NCBI GenBank assembly: GCA_964387275.1 | Contig: CAYLVW010000001.1 | Span: forward strand, 291,508-355,507 | Direction of reading: 5' to 3' | Length of the DNA stretch: 64,000 bases | Origin: an uncultured Candidatus Saccharibacteria bacterium | GTDB taxonomy: Bacteria; Patescibacteriota; WWE3; UBA101185; UBA10185 | Part shown: piece after piece, positions 50,092-60,846 of the stretch | How positions within the stretch are numbered: the stretch's first letter is position 1 | How the letters are laid out: every line of letters starts with the position of its first letter | Notes under the pieces: generated by a model | Database searches by the model: none | What the model was told of the DNA's origin: nothing | What the model saw: only the letters and a program-made list of their open reading frames with translations | Translations under genes and position numbers: made by a program

Positions 50092-50863
50092 TGAGCTTAA
50101 AGTGTGGCAGTTAGGTGAACACCTACTTATTCAGGGAGATTCTACTAAGGCGGATACATTTGAAATACTTAACAGCTTGGGTCTAAGGGCTAGTTATCTT
50201 TTAAGTGACATACCGTACGGCGTTGCTTATACAGAAAGCAAAATAAGCTTTGGTAGAAATCCAAAGAAATCAAAAGATATCCAAAACGATGCGTATCAGT
50301 CACCAGATCAGTATAAAAATTTCTGTATTAAATGGTTAACAGCTGTAAAACCGTACATGGCAGATAAAAATGTTATCCATATTTTCAATTCTGACCGCAT
50401 GCTATTTTCGTTACACGACGCAATGCAAGAAAGTGGGTATAGATTTTCCCAGCTACTTATTTGGATTAAAAACCAAAGCGTTATTGGTCGGTTGGATTAT
50501 AACGTTCAACATGAATTGATAATTTATGGTTGGTTAGGCACACATAACTTCTATGGCTCTAAAGACAAATCAGTATTTTGTTACCCAAGACCACAGAGCA
50601 GTCCTTGTCATCCCACGACTAAACCTGTTGGGTTACTGCGCCAATTAATTCTTAATAGCTCGAGAGTAAACGATATAGTTCTAGATCCATTTATTGGTAG
50701 TGGTTCAACATTGTGGGCTTGTATAGACACACATAGAAGATGTGTTGGTGTTGAGATTGATAGTGAATATTGCAATTCAATAATTCAAAGATTTGAAAAA
50801 CTGACTGGCATAAAAACTAAAGAAATAAATTGCTTTGCAGAAAGGAGGTTAAATGACCTCTAG
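50066..50863 (+). CDS. Second DNA methyltransferase (PF01555-like); motif IV reads DIPY. It overlaps the upstream gene by 26 bp.
   Basis: Motif IV LLSDIPYGVAY; motif I VLDPFIGSGSTLWAC. Confidence 0.65.
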   Translation: MEKPNLLNNELKVWQLGEHLLIQGDSTKADTFEILNSLGLRASYLLSDIPYGVAYTESKISFGRNPKKSKDIQNDAYQSPDQYKNFCIKWLTAVKPYMADKNVIHIFNSDRMLFSLHDAMQESGYRFSQLLIWIKNQSVIGRLDYNVQHELIIYGWLGTHNFYGSKDKSVFCYPRPQSSPCHPTTKPVGLLRQLILNSSRVNDIVLDPFIGSGSTLWACIDTHRRCVGVEIDSEYCNSIIQRFEKLTGIKTKEINCFAERRLNDL

Positions 50864-51269
50864 CAAAGAGACGACAATTAAAGCAAGGCAAGATGCTGAA
50901 AAGGCACTGCTCATTGAACAGTTGAAAAAGACACCAATTATTTCAGTTGCTTGCGATAAAACAGGTGTGGGGCGCACTAGTTATTACAGATGGCGTGAAG
51001 AAGACAAGGATTTTGCTATAAAAGCAGACAAATCTTTATCAGAAGGAATATTGCTGATGAACGATATGGCTGAAAGCCAATTATTGTCTGCCATCAAGGA
51101 TGGAAATATGACGGCAATAATCTATTGGTTAAAACATAGGCACTCTGCTTACTCAACCAAGATTGAAATTGAAGGCAACATAAATACAAACTATGAACTT
51201 TCAGATTCCCAAAAGGAATTACTAAACAAAGCTATTAATTTAATTTTTAAGGAGGATTATGAATCTTAA
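50853..51269 (+). CDS. Phage terminase small subunit-like HTH protein.
   Basis: The HTH region ISVACDKTGVGRTSYYRWREED resembles TerS N-termini; it overlaps the downstream large subunit gene. Confidence 0.5.
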   Translation: MTSSKETTIKARQDAEKALLIEQLKKTPIISVACDKTGVGRTSYYRWREEDKDFAIKADKSLSEGILLMNDMAESQLLSAIKDGNMTAIIYWLKHRHSAYSTKIEIEGNINTNYELSDSQKELLNKAINLIFKEDYES

Positions 51270-52785
51270 AGAAATCGAACAAAATATAGTTACAGATAAA
51301 AAATTTCGTATTAATTTGACGCAAGAAGATTTTGCATGGTTTTTCACGACTTACTTTAGTGATTACATTGGTTACAAAATCGCACCCTTACACAAGCAAA
51401 TGTTCAAAATCATTACGGATAGTGATAAATCCCTATCCGTGTTTGTAACATTTCGTGGATCAGGCAAGTCTACAATTCTTTCTTTAGCGTATCCAATATG
51501 GTCAATATTGGGAAAGCCTGGGAAGAAACACATAATTATTTGTAGTTACACGCAACCTCAAGCCAAACTAATATTAGAAAATATTAAGACTGAGCTTGAG
51601 AAAAATGAGCTTCTCATTCATGACTACGGTAAGTTTCAATATAGTGACGACTTGTGGAGAGCTGATACATTAGTTTTACCAAAATACGACGCAAGAATAT
51701 CAATTGCTTCTGTTGGTACGAGTATTAGAGGTGTACGACATGGAAAATATAGACCTGATCTTGTTATTCTTGACGATGCAGAGAGCTTGGAATCCGTGGA
51801 AACACTGGAAGGTCGCGATAGGGTTACTCATTGGTTAGAAAGAGATTTAATACCAGCAGGTGATAAAAACACACGCATTATAGTTTTAGGTAACTTGCTA
51901 CATAACGATGACCTAATTAATAGACTAATTAAGCGTGTTGATAACGAACAGTTAAGTGGGGATTACATGCGAGTGCCACTTATCGACGATAATGAAAAAA
52001 TAACATGGAAGGGTAAATATTCTGACATGACCGCTATAACTAGAGAAAAACTCCGTATTGGCGATGATAGGGCCTTTCGCAGAGAATATCTGCTCCAAAT
52101 AATTCCAGAAGATGAACAAATCATAACTGAGGATATGCTTACCTACTACGACGAGCTACCTGAGGCAAAATATAGGGACGCGGGCTTATTGGCAGTTGAT
52201 TTAGCGATTTCCAAAAAAGAATCCGCGGATAACACCGCCATGCTTGCAGGGTATGTTTACAAGATTAAAGATACACAATATCTATATATTCTACCTTTGC
52301 TTGTTAACTCTAAGCTCAATTTCCACGAAGCTGTAGATAAAGCAGAGGAGTTTGCCAAATCTATGGAAACAGGTAAGGCGACGCACATATATTCGGAAAG
52401 TGTTGGGTACCAATCTGCATTCATTGAGGAACTACTAAAGGATAGTTTTAATAATGCAGAAGGATTTGAGATTATGGGTAATGACAAAAGATCTAGATTA
52501 TCTACGACAGTACATCCGCTTAGCCAAGGGCGTGTCTTATTTCCTAAGAAGGGCTTAGATTTACTAAAAACACAGCTTTATGGCTTTGGCGTGGAGAAAC
52601 ACGACGATCTAGCGGACGCTTTTTCTATGCTCGTTATGAAAGGCTTAAATAATAAGTTTGGTTACGTTGACGCTATAGCTGTTCCATTTATTGACGGTAG
52701 AGAACGACTTTTGCCAAGTTTCGACGACGACAGTGGTTATCGTAGACGTGGGTTTTCTAGGTTCAGTATTCAGTTTCCTAGTTAA
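51259..52785 (+). CDS. Phage terminase large subunit (ATPase plus RNase-H-like nuclease).
   Basis: Walker A FRGSGKST, Walker B LVILDDAES, and nuclease Asp residues VDLAIS / HDDLADAF. Confidence 0.75.
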   Translation: MNLKEIEQNIVTDKKFRINLTQEDFAWFFTTYFSDYIGYKIAPLHKQMFKIITDSDKSLSVFVTFRGSGKSTILSLAYPIWSILGKPGKKHIIICSYTQPQAKLILENIKTELEKNELLIHDYGKFQYSDDLWRADTLVLPKYDARISIASVGTSIRGVRHGKYRPDLVILDDAESLESVETLEGRDRVTHWLERDLIPAGDKNTRIIVLGNLLHNDDLINRLIKRVDNEQLSGDYMRVPLIDDNEKITWKGKYSDMTAITREKLRIGDDRAFRREYLLQIIPEDEQIITEDMLTYYDELPEAKYRDAGLLAVDLAISKKESADNTAMLAGYVYKIKDTQYLYILPLLVNSKLNFHEAVDKAEEFAKSMETGKATHIYSESVGYQSAFIEELLKDSFNNAEGFEIMGNDKRSRLSTTVHPLSQGRVLFPKKGLDLLKTQLYGFGVEKHDDLADAFSMLVMKGLNNKFGYVDAIAVPFIDGRERLLPSFDDDSGYRRRGFSRFSIQFPS

Positions 52786-52811
52786 GTTGCTATAATGAGC
52801 ATAGAAAATTG

Positions 52812-52909
52812 AATCCGCGGCGAAATCAAAAATCCATATCTGTATAGGTATGGTGCGTAAAACCTAAAAAGGGGTCTACCTTCTAGGGTTTTACGCTTCG
52901 CCGCGGATT
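52812..52909. repeat. Large inverted-repeat structure after the terminase genes. The outer 13-bp perfect arms AATCCGCGGCGAA / TTCGCCGCGGATT enclose an inner GCGTAAAACC..GGTTTTACGC stem and a GGGCCCC-T6 element.
   Basis: Read directly from the sequence; about 100 nt of nested dyad symmetry. Confidence 0.45.
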
Positions 52910-53062
52910 ACTACAAAGGTGGGCCCCTTTTTTATGTATAGGCGAAGCAAAGCAAAACTTAATACAATACTTTTTAACAGCACACTCCTTTGCATTATTA
53001 CCATTAGTGCGTCATCCATTAGACAGATAAATATTTTGAGAATTTTTAAGGAGGTGATATGA

Positions 53063-53725
53063 GTGTCAATTAAAAAATGTAAATATTGTCAAACTGATAT
53101 AGATCAAAAAGCGAAAATTTGTCCAAACTGTAAAAAGGATCAAAGAATTTGGTTTGCAAAACATCCTATCCTAACAGCAATACTAGTATTGTTCGTTATC
53201 GGTATCATATCTTCATCAGGAGATTCATCTAGTAAATTTACTACTGAAGGCGGATCAAAACCTACAACTACGGATACTTCTACAAAAACAACTCCTGAAA
53301 AACAGGCTGATACAGCTAAAACTGTAAAGCTTAACGAAGATTTACAGGTAGGAGATGTAAAGTGGAAGGTTATCAAGGCACGAACTGCTGACCAACTTAC
53401 TGATTATTCAGGAGCAGTTAAACCTGCAGGTAAGTTCCTTATAGTTAATGTTGTCGTGGAGAACATGGGCAAAGACATGAAAACTGTAACTGGACTTAAG
53501 GTTGTGGATGATAAAGACCGCGAATTTACTTCATATAGTAAATCTTTTGGACTTCAGAACCTTGGAGCTGAATCGCTTTATGTTCTAAGTAACATAAATC
53601 CAAACGTACCTTTAACATTTGCTGATGTATATGAAATACCTGCCGATGCAAAAGGATTAAGACTTAAGGTTGGAGATCTGTCGCTACTTGGAAGTGAGTC
53701 TGGTTTGATAGACCTGGGTTTATAG
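53063..53725 (+). CDS. DUF4352-like extracellular domain protein with an N-terminal zinc ribbon and a TM anchor.
   Basis: CxxC-x9-CxxC, one TM helix, a Thr-rich linker, then a DUF4352-type beta domain (GKFLIVNVVVENMGKD...). Confidence 0.5.
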   Translation: MSIKKCKYCQTDIDQKAKICPNCKKDQRIWFAKHPILTAILVLFVIGIISSSGDSSSKFTTEGGSKPTTTDTSTKTTPEKQADTAKTVKLNEDLQVGDVKWKVIKARTADQLTDYSGAVKPAGKFLIVNVVVENMGKDMKTVTGLKVVDDKDREFTSYSKSFGLQNLGAESLYVLSNINPNVPLTFADVYEIPADAKGLRLKVGDLSLLGSESGLIDLGL

Positions 53726-53740
53726 CACTTAAGGGCGGAC

Positions 53741-53764
53741 TAATATCCGCCCTTAATCGTCTTA
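53741..53764. terminator. Bidirectional terminator hairpin AAGGGCGGAC-taat-ATCCGCCCTT; third member of the AAGGGCGG hairpin family.
   Basis: Perfect stem between convergent genes. Confidence 0.55.
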
Positions 53765-53781
53765 CCTACTTAATGAAAGTA

Positions 53782-56700
53782 CTATTTTTTTAACGCATTA
53801 ACATTCAGATAATGGAAATTATCCAATACAGTATCCGTTTTAGGTAGAATCCCAGTCACAATTACATTTATTCCGAAGAAGTTCTCGATGCGATCACCTT
53901 CTTTACTAAATAGCTTTTCTTTAATCATCATATCTGCTTCGGTATTACCGATGTACACTGGTTGATACACTTTACCCCCAATTGTAACGGTGTTAAATGC
54001 ATTCTCAGGTATAAACTGCTTTATTTTTTCAGGTATATTACCTTCAACTAAGTAAAATAACTTAGCGGTACCATCCTCAGCTCGCGCTGAGGCAACAGAG
54101 CCTACAGATATAATGTTTTTATATGTATTTGCGTTTACAATATGCATTTTATCCAGTATGGTTCCTGTAGGTGCTAACACTCCTGAAATCTTCATCTTAT
54201 TAATTCCAAAGAAGTCAGCTAAAGTATCTCCAGGTTTACTGAAAAGATTCTCATTTTTCATCATCATTGCTTCGTCGTAACCCACAATCATAGAATTGTC
54301 TTCTAAATTATATGTACCCTCTGAAATTTTAAGATCTTTAATTTTTCCAATGTCTATTGTTGAAAATACTTTTGGGTCTCCTTCAGCAAAATTCACCTTC
54401 ATATTGCCAGACGCTAATCCTAGGTTAATGTTTTTTACAACTTCATTTGACACAACAGTTTTTGTCATTTCACTTTCGGCAATAGCCATAGTAGAACTAA
54501 ACCTAGCAAATTCAAAAAACAAGAACGAAAAAAGTACAATCATAATTATGGGAGCTGATATTGAAATCCAATTTCTTTTTCCAGGCTTGTAACCTCTTAG
54601 AGTTAATGAATTTGAGACAACCGAGATAGAACTTAGTGCCATAGCAAGCCCTGCGAGCTCTGGTTTTAGAACTAAGCCCAAACCTACAAAGACGCGTGCT
54701 GCGATGGGAATACCAATTACATTGTAGAACAAGGCAAAGAACATGTTCTGTTTAATCTTATTTACAGTAGCTTTTGAAAGATCGATTGCATTAACTACAT
54801 CTCTTAGGTCGTTTCTTATGATTACAATACCACCAGCTTCCATAGCGACGTCAGTTCCAGAACCCATGGCAATACCTAAGTTTGCCTGTGCGAGGGCTGG
54901 GGCATCATTTATACCGTCTCCAACCATTGCTACCCGTTTACCAGAATCCTGTAATTTCTTAACTTCGTTAACTTTGTCTTCGGGTAAGACTTCCGCTAAA
55001 ATATTTGTTATTCCAACCTGTTGAGCTATTGCTTTCGCTGTGCGTTCGTTATCTCCTGTAATCATATAAACCTCTATCCCAAGTTTTCTTAACCTGTCTA
55101 CCGCCTCCTTAGAGGTTTCTTTGACGGTGTCTGCAACAGCAACAGTACCTAAAACTGACTCTTTTGTAGCCAGAATCATTGCAGTTTTTCCCTGCTCTTC
55201 TAGCTTAGTGAGCTTTCTATCAAACTTCTCAATTGAAAGATTTAATACATCTTTGATATGTTTTCTGTTACCGAAATAGTAAGTAATATCACCAATTGAA
55301 CCCTCGACACCATGTCCTGGGATTGCTTTAAATGATGCCACCTCACTCAACGCCATTTGTTCTTCTTGTGCATACGTATAGATGGCCTCTGCCAACGGAT
55401 GTTCTGATTGTTTCTCAAGACTTGCTGCAACTTGAAGAACTTCATCTTCATCTAACAAGCCAAAACTTAAGGTATCTGTTACTTCTGGTTTGCCTTTGGT
55501 AATTGTTCCAGTCTTATCAAATACAATTGCATTAATTTTTACTGCAGCCTCTAATGGTTCTCCACCTTTAACAAGGATTCCGTTTTCTGCACCTTTACCA
55601 GTTCCAACCATAATAGATGTTGGCGTAGCCAAACCTAGCGCACAGGGGCAAGCTATAACTATTACTGATGTAAAGGCCATTAATGCAAAGGATAGGGTTG
55701 ACCCTAATAAAAAGTACCAAACACCAAATGTAATTAGAGCCAATACTAATACTACGGGAACAAATACCGCTGAAATTTTATCAGCTACAGCTTGAATAGG
55801 AGCTTTTGATCCTTGAGCTGTCTCAACTAATCTAATAATTTGAGATAGTGTTGTCTCGGAGCCTACTCTCGTGGCTTTAAATTCAAAACTTCCTGTTTTA
55901 TTTATTGTTCCACCTACAACCGTATCACCTTCGTGTTTCTCTACAGGTAAACTTTCACCTGTAATCATAGATTCATCTACGGCCGAAGACCCTTTTATAA
56001 TCTCCCCATCAACAGGAACTTTTTCACCAGGTCTAACAACAACTACATCTCCGTTAACAACCTGCTCAATGGGAATATCTACTGTATTTCCGTTTCTTAC
56101 AATGCGTGCTGTTTTAGCTTGTAATCCCATTAATTTTTTTATTGCATCGGAAGTTCTGCCCTTAGCTTTTGCCTCAAGCCATTTACCTAAGATTACAAAA
56201 GTTATCAAAAAAGCGGCAGTTTCAAAGTAGAGTTCAGGAATTTTGGCTCCACCTATACCAATTATAGATTTTGTGGCTAGGTAATAAGCAATAAAGTTAA
56301 TAACGCTGTAAAAGTAAGCTACAGAAGTACCAATTGCAATTAAGCTGTCCATATTAAATGTTCTCATCCTTAGAGCAGAAAACATTCCTTTATAAAAACC
56401 TTTTCCAATAATGAACTGTACGGGCGTAGTAAGTATAAGAGAAATTATTCCGACGTAAGGAAGTAATGCGACACGACCTGGAAATGTTGCCACAAAGTCA
56501 AATATCATAAAGTAAATCATTGGTACACTAAGAACCAAGCTTATAAGGAATTGCTTAAACATCCAATTTATATGACCCTGTTGCTTATTTTTGTCACTGT
56601 CAGATGGATTCTGTTTTGTAATAGAGGCTTTATATCCAGCTTTCTCTACAGCTTTAATCAATGTTTCTTTTTCGGTGACTGCTTCATCCACTAAAATACT

Positions 56701-57300
56701 TGCTTTTTCAGCTGCAAAATTAACATTTGCTTCTTTAACGCCACTCACCTTCCGTATAGATTTTTCAATGATTGCGGCACAAGAGGAACAGTGCATTCCT
56801 TCGATATCTAAGGAAACTCTATTTATACCCTTTGGGGTTACAGGTAAAGCTACTGAATTATCACCTACTTTTGTTGCAACCGTTTGTTGGATTGCGTTTG
56901 TATTCAGTTGGGCAGGTTCTGTATTTTTAGGACCCTCTATATGATTATTAAAGACTCCTGAAAGATTTAATGACTTCAAATCTTTTTCAGATCCTTCTAA
57001 TTCTATCCTTTGTTCTAAAATTATTTTTATCGAGCTAGTATCAGAGTTTTTATCCTCCTGAGTCTCACTAGATGTTGCTTTATATCCTGCTTTTTCTACC
57101 GCACCTAAAAGAGCGTTAATATTAGTTTTATCTGTATCTACAATTACAGTACCTTCTCCTGATTTTGCATCAACTTTTATATCACTTACTCCCTGTATTT
57201 CTGATAATTCATCTTTTATAAGGGTCTCACATGAAGAACAGTGCATCCCTTCAATTTTGAGTTTGATTAACTTCTGCATTTTAAACCTCCACAAAACCAA
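53782..57300 (-). CDS. copA: Copper-translocating P1B-type ATPase with two N-terminal HMA domains and an unusual ~330-aa C-terminal extension containing a tandem ~60-aa repeat.
   Basis: GMHCSSC twice, [16 protein letters not shown]. The C-terminal repeats are ...[39 protein letters not shown]... and ...[38 protein letters not shown]... Confidence 0.9.
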   Translation of the reverse strand: MVLWRFKMQKLIKLKIEGMHCSSCETLIKDELSEIQGVSDIKVDAKSGEGTVIVDTDKTNINALLGAVEKAGYKATSSETQEDKNSDTSSIKIILEQRIELEGSEKDLKSLNLSGVFNNHIEGPKNTEPAQLNTNAIQQTVATKVGDNSVALPVTPKGINRVSLDIEGMHCSSCAAIIEKSIRKVSGVKEANVNFAAEKASILVDEAVTEKETLIKAVEKAGYKASITKQNPSDSDKNKQQGHINWMFKQFLISLVLSVPMIYFMIFDFVATFPGRVALLPYVGIISLILTTPVQFIIGKGFYKGMFSALRMRTFNMDSLIAIGTSVAYFYSVINFIAYYLATKSIIGIGGAKIPELYFETAAFLITFVILGKWLEAKAKGRTSDAIKKLMGLQAKTARIVRNGNTVDIPIEQVVNGDVVVVRPGEKVPVDGEIIKGSSAVDESMITGESLPVEKHEGDTVVGGTINKTGSFEFKATRVGSETTLSQIIRLVETAQGSKAPIQAVADKISAVFVPVVLVLALITFGVWYFLLGSTLSFALMAFTSVIVIACPCALGLATPTSIMVGTGKGAENGILVKGGEPLEAAVKINAIVFDKTGTITKGKPEVTDTLSFGLLDEDEVLQVAASLEKQSEHPLAEAIYTYAQEEQMALSEVASFKAIPGHGVEGSIGDITYYFGNRKHIKDVLNLSIEKFDRKLTKLEEQGKTAMILATKESVLGTVAVADTVKETSKEAVDRLRKLGIEVYMITGDNERTAKAIAQQVGITNILAEVLPEDKVNEVKKLQDSGKRVAMVGDGINDAPALAQANLGIAMGSGTDVAMEAGGIVIIRNDLRDVVNAIDLSKATVNKIKQNMFFALFYNVIGIPIAARVFVGLGLVLKPELAGLAMALSSISVVSNSLTLRGYKPGKRNWISISAPIIMIVLFSFLFFEFARFSSTMAIAESEMTKTVVSNEVVKNINLGLASGNMKVNFAEGDPKVFSTIDIGKIKDLKISEGTYNLEDNSMIVGYDEAMMMKNENLFSKPGDTLADFFGINKMKISGVLAPTGTILDKMHIVNANTYKNIISVGSVASARAEDGTAKLFYLVEGNIPEKIKQFIPENAFNTVTIGGKVYQPVYIGNTEADMMIKEKLFSKEGDRIENFFGINVIVTGILPKTDTVLDNFHYLNVNALKK

Positions 57301-57496
57301 TAATTTTATACTCTGTATCTTTCAAGGCATTTTCGACCTGTATTTGGTTTATTGGGTTGTTAGACTGTATTAATGCAGTTTGTGCATCTAACTCTACAGT
57401 GATTAAAGTTACTCCTTCTAATTTTCCGAGTCTTTTTTGTATGATTTTCTTACACGCATCGCAATGTAGACCTTGTAATTGGATTTTATAGTTCAT
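57281..57496 (-). CDS. copZ: HMA-domain copper chaperone (CopZ-like).
   Basis: [11 protein letters not shown] ferredoxin-like HMA fold, 71 aa. Confidence 0.7.
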   Translation of the reverse strand: MNYKIQLQGLHCDACKKIIQKRLGKLEGVTLITVELDAQTALIQSNNPINQIQVENALKDTEYKIIGFVEV

Positions 57497-57507
57497 ATTT
57501 TCTCCTC

Positions 57508-59385
57508 TTAATTAACCGTTATTGTTCCTCTTGGAACTCCCATCGCACAGGTTATTTTATATACACCTGTTTTTGTAGGGGTGAAATTAAATACTGTTTT
57601 TTGCCCTTTCTGGAAGGGGTAATAATCTTGAGCAAGCCCCGGTAAGGCTACACTTCCCATACAACCAGCTCCGTCGTCGTTAGCTTCAATCTCAAACTGA
57701 ACAGGCATATTGGCTTTTACAGTAAAGTTGTTTGGTTGGAGGTCTCTATCCACCGAATAGGTAGCCTGAATTAACTGAACTTGCGTATTTGTACCATTTG
57801 TAGATGGTACTGTGTCTGCATTAACATTTGCTGATGGTTGCATATTCTTTAAACCTCCGCCACAGCCACAACCCCCACCAGATGCTCCACAACTTCCTCC
57901 TCTTTGTGGAACTTGGTTTTGAGCAGAAGCATATAAATTACCATTGGAATTTGTATTAGAACCTACTCCAGAGTTATCGACAACATTAAAAGATCCTGTG
58001 TACATTCCCATGCTACAAGAAAACCTTATGGTTCCGTTTTCATTAGGCGTGAATTCAATTATGTTTTCTCCTTCATTCAACATTTTCCTGATTCCAAGTT
58101 GTGAAGAAAATATACTAGCCGCACAAGTATTAGAGTCAGTTGATGTAATGAGCCATTTTACGGGAACTCCTTTTTTAATCGTGAATGACCTAGGTGAGTA
58201 CCCATTACTGTTTTGTGTCATTTTGACTAGTTGAACTCCATTTTGCATGGTGACATTAGGATCTGTTGCATTTAAATTAGAGTTAACAGTAGTATTTGCA
58301 AGTGCTCCAAGGGAAGGAAGTACAAACCCTGTAAGATTCAAACCATTGGAAATATTAAAAATAGAAAGGGCAATAACCATAAGTCCGACAAACTTGAAAA
58401 AAGGTTTGGCAAAAACTCCTTTGACTAAAGATGTTAATCCACCAACCCCTAATAGTCCTGGTGCAGTACCTAAAGCGAAAATCCCCATAGTGAGTGCACC
58501 TGTTAACGCACTTCCGCTTGAAATTGCGTATAACTGCATTGCTTGTGTAAATCCGCATGGCAAAAAGAATGTCATACCGCCAAGTAAAAAAGAACCTTTA
58601 TTTGAATATTCATCTTCTTTTTGAGTGTCTATGCCAATAAGCTTATATAGACTTTTGGGCAACGTGAACTTAATTCTTTCAAGTCTGGGAAATATTGCTA
58701 TTGTTTGCAGACCCAGTAGAAGCATTACAATTCCAACTAATATTGTTAAGAATCCAATTGATGATGGACCTAGTTGTAGAAAAGAACCAAAATACCCTAT
58801 TACTCCACCAAATAAAATAAAGAAAAATATCCTACCTAAGTTGAAAATAACGTGAGGTGTAAATTTTTGTAGTGCTGTTGTATTAGGGTGTTTCTCAGAA
58901 AATCTTGCTGAAACTCCTAAGACCAATCCACCTACTAAAGCCATGCATGTTGATAAACCTGCGGTTAGCCCCACTAGAAACACTACAGGAAGGCTGGATA
59001 AATTATTCGAGGAGTTAAAAGCAATATTAAAGAAACCTAAACCTTTCGCAACAAAATAGACTGCGATTAATGCGATGGTAGCTTTTACTAATTCTTTATA
59101 GTCTTTTGGATTTCTTGAAATCCAACTATTACTATCTTTACCCAAACTATAACCGCAACCACACACGGCATCTTCTATATGAGAGTCCAATACCTCACCA
59201 TCATAGAATATCTCAGCTATTCCTTTTTTTTCGCTTACATTAACTTTATGAATACCGTCAATTTTTAGAAGTTCTTCTTCTATTAAAATTTCACAGGAAC
59301 GACAGTGCATCCCTTTAATAGGTACGATTTTTTTTCTTCGCTCACCGGGGTGGGCAAAGTTATTTGTTTGGATTTGTTTGGCCAT
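57508..59385 (-). CDS. Fusion protein: HMA domain, DsbD_2/TauE-like permease, Cys/Gly-rich linker, and two C-terminal cupredoxin-like domains.
   Basis: GMHCRSCE; TM region with LSTCMALVGG and FFLPCGFTQ; GGSCGASGGGCGCGGG; C-terminal domains with TCAASIF..FSCSMGMYTGSF and YKITCAMGVPRGTITV. Confidence 0.45.
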   Translation of the reverse strand: MAKQIQTNNFAHPGERRKKIVPIKGMHCRSCEILIEEELLKIDGIHKVNVSEKKGIAEIFYDGEVLDSHIEDAVCGCGYSLGKDSNSWISRNPKDYKELVKATIALIAVYFVAKGLGFFNIAFNSSNNLSSLPVVFLVGLTAGLSTCMALVGGLVLGVSARFSEKHPNTTALQKFTPHVIFNLGRIFFFILFGGVIGYFGSFLQLGPSSIGFLTILVGIVMLLLGLQTIAIFPRLERIKFTLPKSLYKLIGIDTQKEDEYSNKGSFLLGGMTFFLPCGFTQAMQLYAISSGSALTGALTMGIFALGTAPGLLGVGGLTSLVKGVFAKPFFKFVGLMVIALSIFNISNGLNLTGFVLPSLGALANTTVNSNLNATDPNVTMQNGVQLVKMTQNSNGYSPRSFTIKKGVPVKWLITSTDSNTCAASIFSSQLGIRKMLNEGENIIEFTPNENGTIRFSCSMGMYTGSFNVVDNSGVGSNTNSNGNLYASAQNQVPQRGGSCGASGGGCGCGGGLKNMQPSANVNADTVPSTNGTNTQVQLIQATYSVDRDLQPNNFTVKANMPVQFEIEANDDGAGCMGSVALPGLAQDYYPFQKGQKTVFNFTPTKTGVYKITCAMGVPRGTITVN

Positions 59386-59466
59386 ATCGACAATGATACC
59401 TAACTACCTATGAGAAACTTATGAAGATGGCTAGATATTTTAATATAGGGTTGTATTACGTAGATT

Positions 59467-60846
59467 TCATTTCTGTATTTTAAGTATTATCCTAAAAGTA
59501 CTGCCTTTATTTTTTTCGCTTTCAACTTCTATATAACCTTCATGGGTGTTAATAATAGAATCAGCTATAGCTAGTCCTAACCCATGTCCTGCTATATTTT
59601 TATTTTGTTCAGTTCTATAAAATCTGTTAAATATATTTTTTTGGTGTTCTTTGTCAATTCCAATTCCTGTATCTGTTATCTCTATAACTGCATTTTCTTC
59701 TTTTTTATATAAATTTAACGTTACTTCTCCTTTTGCTGGCGTAAATTTTAGTGCATTATCAAGAATATTGTAAATTGCCTGATATAGTTTTTCCTCCTTT
59801 CCTAAGACAACTATATTCTCATCGATTATGTTATGTATTTTTATCTGTTTAGGCGATGCCGTATATTCAGCGATATTAATAATTTCTAACATTAGTTGGG
59901 ACAAGTTTATTTTGGTAAATTTACTTTTTACTTCAGTACTTTGTGACCATGCAAAGTCCATTAAGCTCAGCAGATTTTTGGTTAGTTTTTCAATTTGATC
60001 TAGCGATTGATGTATAGCCTGTTTATATTCGGCAGGAGTTCTATCTTTTGAAAGGATTACTTCCGCGTTACTTTTTATAACTGCGAGTGGTGTTTTGATT
60101 TCGTGTGCCATCTCTCCTAAAAATTGACGTTCCAAATTAAACGAACTATTTAACCTGTCCAGTAATGAGTTAAAATTTCTTACAAGTAACGCTGTCTCTT
60201 CAGAATCAATTTTAACTTCTAAGTGCCTAGATAAATTTTCTGAATTTATTTTATTAATGTCAAAGCTCAATGTTCTTATTGGATCAGTGGCAGACTTTGC
60301 AATCAAATATCCAATTAAGATAGCTGGTGCAATTAGAAATATTAACAATAAGATACCTATGGTTCTTATTTGAGATAGGGTTGACTCGTAGACATCTATT
60401 TGATGTCCCATTATTACTGCCCCGTAAGCTACATTATTAGTAGTTACTGGATATGCTATTACTCTCATACTGTAACCATTTATTTTTGTTTGCGAGAAGA
60501 TTGCGTTATTAGCATGTATAGCTCTTAGTGCTAGATCTTTAAAGATGGAATCGGACCCATCCGCATTGTACCCTTGATCATCAACTATTTGAATAAATAT
60601 TCCAGGTGCTTCTTTTTGACTAAGTTCGAGAATGTTTTTAGTTTCCTCATCGTGTAAATTATTTGTCTTACCACCTAAGGTATATGCAATCTGGGTAGAA
60701 TGTATAGTTAAAGACCTGTCAGTTTCATAGATCAAATATCTATTTGTTAGCAGATAAAAGCTTACAAATAATATTATGCTGACTGAAATAAAGACCAGTG
60801 AATACCAGATAGTTAGTTTATTTTTTATACTTAAATGTTTTTTCAT
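59467..60846 (-). CDS. Membrane sensor histidine kinase (two TM helices plus periplasmic loop; HisKA; HATPase_c).
   Basis: H-box EMAHEIKTPLA; N/G boxes LDNALKFT, GHGLGLAI. Confidence 0.8.
   Translation of the reverse strand: MKKHLSIKNKLTIWYSLVFISVSIILFVSFYLLTNRYLIYETDRSLTIHSTQIAYTLGGKTNNLHDEETKNILELSQKEAPGIFIQIVDDQGYNADGSDSIFKDLALRAIHANNAIFSQTKINGYSMRVIAYPVTTNNVAYGAVIMGHQIDVYESTLSQIRTIGILLLIFLIAPAILIGYLIAKSATDPIRTLSFDINKINSENLSRHLEVKIDSEETALLVRNFNSLLDRLNSSFNLERQFLGEMAHEIKTPLAVIKSNAEVILSKDRTPAEYKQAIHQSLDQIEKLTKNLLSLMDFAWSQSTEVKSKFTKINLSQLMLEIINIAEYTASPKQIKIHNIIDENIVVLGKEEKLYQAIYNILDNALKFTPAKGEVTLNLYKKEENAVIEITDTGIGIDKEHQKNIFNRFYRTEQNKNIAGHGLGLAIADSIINTHEGYIEVESEKNKGSTFRIILKIQK

Noticed and set aside
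54296-56944. Several + strand ORFs (54296-54592, 54743-55024, 55490-55795, 55871-56230, 56591-56944) inside the copA locus.
   Set aside because: They are antisense to a strongly conserved P-type ATPase gene and have Ala/Ser/Pro-rich shadow composition.
57508-59385. The idea that the HMA-permease protein is a MerT/MerP-type mercury transporter.
   Set aside because: No merA or merR is nearby, and the flanking genes (copA, copZ, CopY-like repressor) point to copper. The metal specificity remains an inference.
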